A DNA stretch of 64,000 nucleotides from Dehalococcoidia bacterium (GTDB lineage Bacteria; Chloroflexota; Dehalococcoidia; UBA2979): assembly GCA_964291495.2 (NCBI GenBank), contig OZ219872.1, forward strand, positions 704,001 to 768,000, read 5' to 3'. The notes under the pieces are model-generated. The model worked only from the letters and a program-made list of their open reading frames with translations. It did no database searches and was not told the DNA's origin. Made by a program: the position numbers and the translations under genes. This document shows, one piece after another, positions 20,323 through 28,251 of this stretch (the stretch's first letter is position 1; each line of letters begins with the position of its first letter).

Positions 20323-20906
20323 GCAGCGAAGCAACGGGCGCCGACCGCCTGGGCATGGCCGACCCGATCGGGCGGCCGGGTCCGACCTGGAGCGGCGAAG
20401 CGGCGGAGCGCCCGGCCGCCGACGTGGCGAGCGACCTCGCCGCGTTACCGGCGCTGCTCGAGCCCTGCTCGCTGCGGCGGCGGCTGATCTGCTTCGCGAT
20501 CGACCAGGCGCTGGTCTGGGGAATCGTGCTGGTGCTGACGAGCATCGCGCTTGCGGTGGCGGGCGTCGGGGAGGAGCCCGTGCCCGGCACCCGCGAGGAG
20601 CGGATCTTCCAGGCGACCGGCTTGATCTCGCTGGTCGCGCCGTTCTTCTACTTCTGGATCTGGAACAGCGCGGGGTTCTCGCCGGGCAAGCAGATGCTGG
20701 GCGTGCGCATCGTCACCGCCGAGGGCGCGCCGCCCGGCGTGATGCGCGGCTTCGGGCGCACCGTCGCATCGCTGCTCGTCCCACTCACCCTCGGCCTCAG
20801 CTACGCCTGGGCGGCCTGGGACTCGGACAGCGAGCGCCCCTTCGCCGAGGGCTACGCCCAGGCCTGGCACGACAAGCTCTCGGGGACGTTCGTCGTCCGC
20901 GCGTAG
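20319..20906 (+). CDS. RDD family membrane protein
   Basis: RRLICFAID, SPGKQMLGVRIV, QAWHDKLSGTFVV; GTG 20319 overlaps the upstream stop. Confidence 0.88.
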   Translation: MSSEATGADRLGMADPIGRPGPTWSGEAAERPAADVASDLAALPALLEPCSLRRRLICFAIDQALVWGIVLVLTSIALAVAGVGEEPVPGTREERIFQATGLISLVAPFFYFWIWNSAGFSPGKQMLGVRIVTAEGAPPGVMRGFGRTVASLLVPLTLGLSYAWAAWDSDSERPFAEGYAQAWHDKLSGTFVVRA

Positions 20907-20909
20907 CCC

Positions 20910-21908
20910 TCAGCGCCCCGGCGGCGCCGGCGCCCAGGGCAGCGATCGCGGCTGCAGCAGCTGCCGCACCTGCCCGTCGGCGACCAGCGCCACGAGGTCG
21001 ACCCCGCCGTAGGTCGCCGGGCTCATCCCGCGCAGCGCCGCCGTCGCCATCTCCTCGCCGATGTGCGCCAGCGACGCCCCGAGGGCGAGCACGGTCATCT
21101 CGACCGGCTCGCCGGCGGCCTCGGCGGCCTCGCGCTGCGCGACGGCGCGGCGCAGCTGCATGCGCAGGCTGCGGCGCACCCAGGCGCCGTCGCTCGCGTC
21201 GAAGGCCGGAGGCGCGCCGAACACGGTGACGCCTCGAGGCTCGTCGGCGGGGAGGCGTGAGACGAGCCAGTAGTCGTGCGCGTCCACCGCCGTGACCTCG
21301 CCCTGCTCCAGCAGCGCCGCGCGGTCGCGGATCTGCGTCAGTACGATCTCCAGCTCGGCGCGCTCCTCGGGCAGCCGCCGCAGCGAGCGGCCGTCGAGGT
21401 GGAACGCGCCGCCGATGCCCTCGGAGAGCACGGTCCACTCGCTGGCGATCGGCCCGCTCACGGACATGTAGGCGCCCTCCGCGTCCACCTTCGCCAGCGG
21501 CAGCGTCACCGGCAGGCGCACCTCGCGGCGCTCGCCCGGCTCGAGCCCTCCGAGGGCGCGCGTGAGCGCGAGCCGCAGGCTGGACTGCCGCGGCTCGGCG
21601 GGCGGCAGCTCGCCCCCGGGCGGCGTCCAGACGACGTAGCCGCCCTCGTCGTCCTCGAGGTCGTCCTCGATCAGCTCGGCGAGCTCGGCCGCCCCGGGCG
21701 GCCCGCCGCCCTCCCAGAGCAGGCCGCAGCTGACGCCGATGCGCCGCTCGCGCTGCGCGAACAGCGCGTCGAAGGCACTGGCGCCGGGGTCCAGCGGCCG
21801 GAACGTGCGGTAGTAGCGCTCGCCCATCCAGGCCGCGACGAGCGAGGTCGTAACGGCGCGGGCGCTCGCCTCCGCGGCGTCGGCGTCGGAAGGCGGTTCG
21901 TCGCTCAC
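20910..21908 (-). CDS. Hypothetical protein
   Basis: 332-aa ORF with host-like codon usage and globular composition; no motif recognised. Confidence 0.7.
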   Translation of the reverse strand: MSDEPPSDADAAEASARAVTTSLVAAWMGERYYRTFRPLDPGASAFDALFAQRERRIGVSCGLLWEGGGPPGAAELAELIEDDLEDDEGGYVVWTPPGGELPPAEPRQSSLRLALTRALGGLEPGERREVRLPVTLPLAKVDAEGAYMSVSGPIASEWTVLSEGIGGAFHLDGRSLRRLPEERAELEIVLTQIRDRAALLEQGEVTAVDAHDYWLVSRLPADEPRGVTVFGAPPAFDASDGAWVRRSLRMQLRRAVAQREAAEAAGEPVEMTVLALGASLAHIGEEMATAALRGMSPATYGGVDLVALVADGQVRQLLQPRSLPWAPAPPGR

Positions 21909-21933
21909 GGGAGTCGCGGTCGGGCGGTGGGCG

Positions 21934-22356
21934 TCAGCGCTCGGCGGCCCGCCGCGCGCGCCACTCGTCGAAGCGGTCGAGCAGCGGGAGGAGGCCGTTG
22001 GTCACGAGCTGCCAGAGCACGGCGACGTTGAGCACGACGAAGGCGACCACGCCGGCCCACTTCACGCCCGTGGCCAGCCTCGTGCCGTCGTTGCCGCTGA
22101 CCTGCAGCCACTTCACCGCCCCAACGACGGCGAGGATCGCGAGGATCGCGCTCAGCGGCACGTCCCACTTGAGGATGAAGCGCGAGAACAGCGCCGCGAG
22201 CCCGGCGGCGAGGCCGAGGTTGCCCGCCATGAAGCCGAGCAGCGGCGTCCCCTTGTGCCCCCAGGTCTCGCTCGCCGCGAGGAATAACAGCATCAGCGCC
22301 GGACCCGCCAGCAAGGCGATCGTGATGCCGGGCCAGTCGGATCGTGAGAATCGCAT
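21934..22356 (-). CDS. Hypothetical membrane protein (about 4 TM)
   Basis: Four hydrophobic segments; SD AGGAGG upstream. Confidence 0.75.
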   Translation of the reverse strand: MRFSRSDWPGITIALLAGPALMLLFLAASETWGHKGTPLLGFMAGNLGLAAGLAALFSRFILKWDVPLSAILAILAVVGAVKWLQVSGNDGTRLATGVKWAGVVAFVVLNVAVLWQLVTNGLLPLLDRFDEWRARRAAER

Positions 22357-22380
22357 CGAGCGCCCTCCTGCGCCGTCCGC

Positions 22381-23139
22381 CTAGATATTAGAGCGTGACT
22401 GGCCGCCGTCGACGTTCAGCGTCGCCCCCACGACCCACGAGGCTCGCGGCGAGGCGAGGAAGACCACGAGCGCCGCGACCTCCTCGGGACGCCCGAAGCG
22501 GCCGCCGGGAATCTCCTGCTCGACGAAGACGCGCATGCCCTCGGGATCGTCGCGCAACCGGTTGCCCCAGGAGCCGCCCTCGAAGGCGATCGAACCGGGC
22601 GCGACGCTGTTGACACGGATGCCCTCGCCGATCCACTCGCGGGCGAGCGCCTTGGACATCGCGATTTGCGCGGCCTTGGAGGCGTTGTACTCGACGGCCC
22701 CGCCGCTCTCGCGCCCGAAGATGGAGGAGATGTTGACGATCGCCCCCCCGGCGGCGGCGAGGTGCGGGCGCGCCTGCTCCGACATCAGCCGCGCCGACAG
22801 CAGGTTCGCGTCCAGCGAGGCGCGCATCCGCCCCTCGACGTCGCCCTCGCGGATCGAGCCGCCGGCGTTGTTGACGAGCGCGTCGACGCCGCCGTGGGCC
22901 GCGACGGCCGCCTCCACGACGCGCGCGCAGTCCTCGGCGCGGGTCACGTCGGCGGCGACGCCCTGCGCCTCGGCGCCGGCGGCGCGCAGGCGTTCGCTGG
23001 CGGCCTCGACGCCCTCGGCGCCGCGCGCGCAGATCGTGAGCCGCGCGCCCTCGGCGGCGAACGCCTCGGCGATCGAAAGACCGATGCCGCGGCTCGCGCC
23101 GCTGACGATCACGGAGCGCCCGGCCAGTTCGAGGTCCAT
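22381..23139 (-). CDS. Classical SDR family oxidoreductase
   Basis: SGASRGIG, VNNAG, NISS, YNASK, VNSVAPG, VDGG; ATG 23139 with SD GAGGAGG. Confidence 0.93.
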   Translation of the reverse strand: MDLELAGRSVIVSGASRGIGLSIAEAFAAEGARLTICARGAEGVEAASERLRAAGAEAQGVAADVTRAEDCARVVEAAVAAHGGVDALVNNAGGSIREGDVEGRMRASLDANLLSARLMSEQARPHLAAAGGAIVNISSIFGRESGGAVEYNASKAAQIAMSKALAREWIGEGIRVNSVAPGSIAFEGGSWGNRLRDDPEGMRVFVEQEIPGGRFGRPEEVAALVVFLASPRASWVVGATLNVDGGQSRSNI

Positions 23140-23292
23140 CGCGCCTCCTCCTCGCTCCGAGAATCGCAGCCCTGCGATGCGGCGTCCAGCGGCCCGGCGG
23201 GGCGAGGCGCGGTACACTGCTCCAATGAGGCCCTTGCAGCGATCTCCGGGCATCCCCGAGCCCACCCACGCGCTGCCCGCCCCCGAGGTGGC

Positions 23293-24057
23293 ATGTCACT
23301 GACCGCCCTCTCCTTCGAAGGCTCCGTCGCCACGCTGACCATCGACCCCCCCGAGGGCGGCTACGACCGCGCGCTGCTCGACGGGATCGCGGACGCGGCC
23401 GCGGAGCTGGAGGCGCGCCACCCGGCGATCAGCGCCGTGGTCGTGGCGAGCGCGGGGCCGGACTTCGGCGCGGGCTGGAGCGGCGAGGCGCTCGCCGCCT
23501 CCGAGGGCATCGCCGCGCTGATCGCCCCGGCGGGCGCGGCCTTCGACGCGCTGGCGGCGCTGCCGCAGCCGCTCGTCGCCGCGATCGGCGGGCGAGCGCA
23601 CTCGGCCGGCCTCGAGCTGGCGCTCGCCTGCGACATCCGCGTGGCCTCCGATGGCGCGAGCTTCGTGCTGCCGGAAACCGGCGCCGGGCGCATCCCGCAC
23701 GGCGGCGGCACGCAGCGCCTCCCGCGCGCCGTCGGCCGCGCGCAGGCGCTGCGCCTGCTGCTCACCGGCGAGGAGATCGACGCCGCCGAGGCGAAGCGCA
23801 TCGGCCTCGTCTCCTCGGTCGTGGCGGACGGCGGGGAGCTCGAGGCGGCAAGCGAGATCGCGCGCACGATCGCCTCGCGCGGCCCGCTGGCGACGCGCTT
23901 CGCGAAGGAGGCGATCCGGCGCGGGATGGATCTCTCGCTGGACCAGGGATTGAACCTCGAACTCGAACTGACCGTGCTGCTGCAGACGACGGAGGACCGC
24001 GCCGAGGGCGTGCGCGCCTTCATCGAGCGGCGCGACCCGAAGTTCAAGGGGCGCTGA
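23293..24057 (+). CDS. Enoyl-CoA hydratase/isomerase family protein
   Basis: AGLELALACDIRVA, FVLPE..G..P.GGGTQRLPR, DRAEGVRAFIERRDPKFKGR; ATG at 23293. Confidence 0.92.
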   Translation: MSLTALSFEGSVATLTIDPPEGGYDRALLDGIADAAAELEARHPAISAVVVASAGPDFGAGWSGEALAASEGIAALIAPAGAAFDALAALPQPLVAAIGGRAHSAGLELALACDIRVASDGASFVLPETGAGRIPHGGGTQRLPRAVGRAQALRLLLTGEEIDAAEAKRIGLVSSVVADGGELEAASEIARTIASRGPLATRFAKEAIRRGMDLSLDQGLNLELELTVLLQTTEDRAEGVRAFIERRDPKFKGR

Positions 24058-24206
24058 GCGGGCACAAGCTGAACCGGACGCGACCCAGCGCCGCACTCGC
24101 GGTAAAGTTGAGCACTGCGACCGCGGCTCTCCGCGGCGACCAACTATCCGAGGGCGCATCGAGGCAGCGCTCGATGCGCGGCGAACGTGACGGAGACGGA
24201 GGGAAG

Positions 24207-24476
24207 ATGAACATCATCCTCAATCCGAACGAGGTGGCGACGGTGATCTCAATCTTCACCGCGCACGTCCTCGACGGGGTCGATCTCAGCGACGAGGGCA
24301 AGGACGTCATTCGCGAGTGGCGCACCGATCGGGCGCCCGGACGCGAAGGCCTCGAGGCCTTCGCCGACGACTTCAACGAGGCGCTGATGGGACACATCGA
24401 GGCGGCCACGCTGCGGCGTTACGTCCGGGGTGGGCGCATGAGCCGCGGCACGGCGGAGGAGCGGGCACGAGCATGA
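24207..24476 (+). CDS. Small hypothetical protein (paralog A)
   Basis: MNIILNPNEV... 89 aa with SD GGAGG; similar to the next ORF. Confidence 0.75.
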   Translation: MNIILNPNEVATVISIFTAHVLDGVDLSDEGKDVIREWRTDRAPGREGLEAFADDFNEALMGHIEAATLRRYVRGGRMSRGTAEERARA

Positions 24477-24709
24477 AGGTCGAACTCTCCATCGACGAAG
24501 TCCTGGTGATGGCGGACGCGATCCTCGACGGGATCGCCGAGGCGGGGTTGAGCCGGAAGGACGCGGCGACGCTCAGGCGCTGGCGCAACGACAGGGTGAC
24601 GGCCACCGCCCCGGAGATGAAGCTGCTGACGGAGAAGGTCAACAGCGAGCTGCAGCACGCGCACGACAGCAGCCTCAAGACCGGCATCATCAAGCCAGAC
24701 TGGGCCTGA
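24473..24709 (+). CDS. Small hypothetical protein (paralog B)
   Basis: MKVELSIDEV... 78 aa; ATGA overlap with the previous ORF. Confidence 0.75.
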   Translation: MKVELSIDEVLVMADAILDGIAEAGLSRKDAATLRRWRNDRVTATAPEMKLLTEKVNSELQHAHDSSLKTGIIKPDWA

Positions 24710-24764
24710 GCGGCGGCGCCACCGCCATGCGCCAGCCAGCGAGCGGATCCGCCGAGGCCGCCCC

Positions 24765-25484
24765 GTGAGCGGCCCCTTCGTCCTGGCCGAGCGCGAGGGC
24801 GACGTCGTCTGGCTCACGCTCAACCGCCCGGAGCGACTGAACGCCGTCCACCTCGAGCTGCGCGATGAGCTGTGGATGCAGCTCGAGTTGCTGCGCGACG
24901 ACCCCTCCGTCCGCGCCGCCGTCTTCCGCGGCGCCGGCGATCGCGCCTTCAGCGCCGGCGCCGACATCACCGAGTTCGGCACCGCGCCCTCCTACCTCGA
25001 GGCACGCGACGCGCGCGTGCGGCGCGACCTCTGGGGCCTGATGGCGAGCCTCGACCTGCCGCTGATCGCGGCGATCCAGGGCTTCGCCTACGGCGCCGGC
25101 CTCGAGCTCTCGCTCTACTGCGACCTGCGCGTCGCCTCAGAGGACGCCCGCTTCGCCATCCCGGAAGTCACGCTCGGCTACATCCCCTCGGCCGGGGGCA
25201 CCCAGACCGTCCCCCGCCACGTCGCCTCCAGCGAGGCGCTGCGCATGGCCACCGGCGGCGAACCGATCAGCGCCCGCGAGGCCTACGACCTCGGCTTCGT
25301 GCAGCGCGTCGTGTCTCGTGAGCAGCTCGACGCAGCGGCGCGCGAGTGGGCGCAGGCGCTCGCCGATCGCGATCCGGCTGCGCTGCGTGCGGCCAAGCGC
25401 GCAGTCCGCGACGGCTTCGACCAGCCGCTCGAGGCCGGGCTCGCCCTCGAGCGGCGGCTCGCGGCGGTGGTCGCGGGCTCGTGA
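24765..25484 (+). CDS. Enoyl-CoA hydratase/isomerase family protein
   Basis: LNRPERLNA, FSAGADI, GAGLEL.LYCD, FAIPEVTLG. Confidence 0.93.
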   Translation: MSGPFVLAEREGDVVWLTLNRPERLNAVHLELRDELWMQLELLRDDPSVRAAVFRGAGDRAFSAGADITEFGTAPSYLEARDARVRRDLWGLMASLDLPLIAAIQGFAYGAGLELSLYCDLRVASEDARFAIPEVTLGYIPSAGGTQTVPRHVASSEALRMATGGEPISAREAYDLGFVQRVVSREQLDAAAREWAQALADRDPAALRAAKRAVRDGFDQPLEAGLALERRLAAVVAGS

Positions 25485-26023
25485 GCGAGGAGCAGGCTGC
25501 GCCGGAGCCGGGCTCGCTGCCGCCCAACCGCCCGTTCGGGATGATCGCGCTGATTGTGATCGTCATCGTCGGCGTCGCCGCGATTCTCTGGGGCCGCTTC
25601 GTCATCAACCCGCAGCCGGAGGTGTTCCTGTTCGACGCCGGGCCGGCCGAGCAGTTCCAGGTCGGCGAGCCGGTCTGGTTCCCGGAAGTGCGCATCTTCG
25701 TGATCGCGGTGGACGACGACGGCGAGCGCAAGCTGATCCGCGCCCTCGACGCGATCGCGCGCGGCACCGGCTGCACGATCGAGCTGCGCCCGGACGACCC
25801 ACGAGGCGCCGCGCGCAACCCGCTCGGGCGCGACGGGGTCTACACCGATCCCTGCTCGGCCGGCGTGTGGGCGCTGGGCGGCGAGGCGATCGACGGCACC
25901 GCCTCGCCGCTGCGCACGTTCCGCATCACGAGACCGCAGCCCGTCGACGCCCAGGACCGCCCGCTGATCGAGGTCGAGGTGATCGGCCGCCCCGAGCCCA
26001 CCGCGACTGAGACCGCGCCCTGA
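25481..26023 (+). CDS. Membrane-anchored Rieske-fold-like protein without [2Fe-2S] ligands
   Basis: One TM helix, then ALDAIARGTGCTI and YTDPCSAGVWALGGEAIDGTASPL, aligned by eye to Rieske boxes CTHLGC and CPCHGS. Confidence 0.65.
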   Translation: MSEEQAAPEPGSLPPNRPFGMIALIVIVIVGVAAILWGRFVINPQPEVFLFDAGPAEQFQVGEPVWFPEVRIFVIAVDDDGERKLIRALDAIARGTGCTIELRPDDPRGAARNPLGRDGVYTDPCSAGVWALGGEAIDGTASPLRTFRITRPQPVDAQDRPLIEVEVIGRPEPTATETAP

Positions 26024-26043
26024 CGGGCGAGGACCGCGGCGCC

Positions 26044-26535
26044 ATGAGCGCAGAACGTCGCGAGCTGCCGCGGACCTGGGGCCAGCACGGCACGGAGCCG
26101 ACCGGTGTGCGGCCCGGCTGCGTCGTCGGCTTCGTGCTGATCGCGGTGGGGCTGGCCATCGGGATTGCCTACGGGGCGTCCGGCCTCCGGGGCGGAGGGA
26201 TCGATCTCGGCTACGCGGAGGATTATGCTCTCGCGTCGGTCGTGTATCGCAGCACGGACGGGCTGTTCGTGGTGCGGCTGCCGGACGGCGAGGTGATCGC
26301 GCTTTCCGATGTCGATCCGCATAATCCGCCGGGTGGCGAGTGCCGGGTGTCGTTTCGGCCGGACCTCGCCGGAGCGGACGGACAGGGACAGTTCTTCGAC
26401 ATCTGCAGCGGGGCGATGTATGACATCAGCGGCCGGGGACTGGGCGACGACGGCCTCGATCTCCGGCGCCTCCCGCTGAGGCGAGGCGAGGACGGGAAGC
26501 TCGAACTCGCGGGCGAACCGGCGGACGTAGACTAG
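26044..26535 (+). CDS. Membrane-anchored Rieske-fold-like protein with degenerate ligands
   Basis: One TM helix, FVVRLPDGEVIALSDVDPHNPPGGEC, FFDICSGAMYDISG...LRRLPL. Confidence 0.68.
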   Translation: MSAERRELPRTWGQHGTEPTGVRPGCVVGFVLIAVGLAIGIAYGASGLRGGGIDLGYAEDYALASVVYRSTDGLFVVRLPDGEVIALSDVDPHNPPGGECRVSFRPDLAGADGQGQFFDICSGAMYDISGRGLGDDGLDLRRLPLRRGEDGKLELAGEPADVD

Positions 26536-26604
26536 GGCGCGGCCAGGACCGCGGCGCAGGGAACGCGCCGCACGCGCCCACAGCGCAGAGGGGGACTCCG
26601 AGCG

Positions 26605-28176
26605 ATGAATACCGCAGACATCCTGATGATTGCCGGCAGCATGGTGCCGGACCGCGTCGCCGTGGCCGACGCGGACAAGAGCGTGACCTACATGGAGCTG
26701 CAGTCGCGGGTGAACCGCCTCGCTCACGCCCTCAGCGCCATCGGCGTCGGCAAGGGCCAGAACGTCGGCATCATGTCGGTGAACTCCAACGAGTTCGTCG
26801 AGCTCTACTACGCGACGGCCAGCGTCGGCGCCACCTTCGTCCCGCTCAACTTCCGGGCCAAGACGGACGAGCTCCAGTACATGGCCGACGTCTCCGACGT
26901 CAACGTCTTCTTCTGCTCCGAGCGCTACTGGCCGATCCTCCAGGAGATCCGCAGCCAGCTCCCCAAGGTCGAGCACATCTACACCCTCGACTTCGAGGCG
27001 AGCGGCTACGAGACGTATGAGCAGCTGCTGGCGAGCGGCGCCGACGAGCCGTTCTTCGCCGCCGTCGACGACGACGACCCGGCGATGGTGATCTACACCT
27101 CCGGCACCACCGCCCTGCCCAAGGGCGTGGTGCTGACCCACAAGACCCTCACCGCCTACGTCGTGAACACCCAGAACCCGGTGGACCCGACGACCGACCA
27201 GGACGTGACGATGGTCTCCGTGCCCTTCTTCCACGTCGCCGGCGCAACGACGATGCTCGGCTCGCTCTGGGCGGGACGCAAGCTGACGATCCTGCCGCAG
27301 TTCGACCCCGCCGCCTGGCTCGACACCGTCGAGCGCGAGCGCGTCACCCACGCCTTCGTCGTGCCCACGATGCTCAAGCGCATCATGGAGGTGGACGACT
27401 TCGACGAGTACGACATCGACTCGCTGCAGCTCATCACCTACGGCGCCGCACCGATGCCGTACGAGGTGGTGCGTCAGGCCGTCGACGTCTTCGAGTGCGG
27501 GTTGATGAACGCCTACGGTCAGACCGAGTCGACCTCGACGATGAGCTACCTCGGGCCGGACGACCACCGGCTCGACGGCACGCCCGAGGAGAACGACCTC
27601 AAGCTCAAGCGCCTGCGCTCCGTCGGGCGGCCGATGCCGGACATCGAAGTCGGCATCCTCAAGCCGGACGGCGCGCCGCAGCCGCAGGGCGAAGAGGGCG
27701 AGATCTGCATCCGCGGCGACCGCATCATGCGCGAGTACCAGAAGCGCGAGGAGGAGACCGCCTCCGCGATCAGCGGCGGCTGGCTGCACACCGGCGACGT
27801 CGGCTACCTGGACCCGGACAACTACCTGTTCATCACCGGGCGGCTGAAGGACCTGATCATCCGCGGCGGCGAGAACATCTCGCCCGGCGAGGTCGAGGGC
27901 GTGCTCGAGGAGCACCCGGAGATCGCCGAGGCGGCCGTGATCGGCGTCCCCGACATCGAATGGGGCGAGGTGGTGAAGGCCGTCATGGTCATGACCGAGG
28001 GCGGCGACGCACCTTCCGACGACGACCTGACCGGCTACGTGAAGTCGCGCCTCGCCTCCTACAAGGCGCCCGCGCTCTACGAGTGGGTGAACGAGCCGCT
28101 GCCGCGCAACCACATGGGCAAGCTGCTGAAGAACGACATCCGCGATCGCTGGGGGGCGGCCAGCGCCGCGTCCTGA
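26605..28176 (+). CDS. Acyl-CoA synthetase (AMP-forming, long-chain-fatty-acid-CoA ligase family)
   Basis: YTSGTTALPKG, YGQTE, GWLHTGD, GRLKDLIIRGGENI, LPRNHMGK. Confidence 0.95.
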   Translation: MNTADILMIAGSMVPDRVAVADADKSVTYMELQSRVNRLAHALSAIGVGKGQNVGIMSVNSNEFVELYYATASVGATFVPLNFRAKTDELQYMADVSDVNVFFCSERYWPILQEIRSQLPKVEHIYTLDFEASGYETYEQLLASGADEPFFAAVDDDDPAMVIYTSGTTALPKGVVLTHKTLTAYVVNTQNPVDPTTDQDVTMVSVPFFHVAGATTMLGSLWAGRKLTILPQFDPAAWLDTVERERVTHAFVVPTMLKRIMEVDDFDEYDIDSLQLITYGAAPMPYEVVRQAVDVFECGLMNAYGQTESTSTMSYLGPDDHRLDGTPEENDLKLKRLRSVGRPMPDIEVGILKPDGAPQPQGEEGEICIRGDRIMREYQKREEETASAISGGWLHTGDVGYLDPDNYLFITGRLKDLIIRGGENISPGEVEGVLEEHPEIAEAAVIGVPDIEWGEVVKAVMVMTEGGDAPSDDDLTGYVKSRLASYKAPALYEWVNEPLPRNHMGKLLKNDIRDRWGAASAAS

Positions 28177-28251
28177 TCTGGCGGGCGCTGGCGTGGGGAG
28201 CCCACAGCGCGAAGCGGTGATAGGCTCGCGCCGGACTCCGGAAGGACTGGC

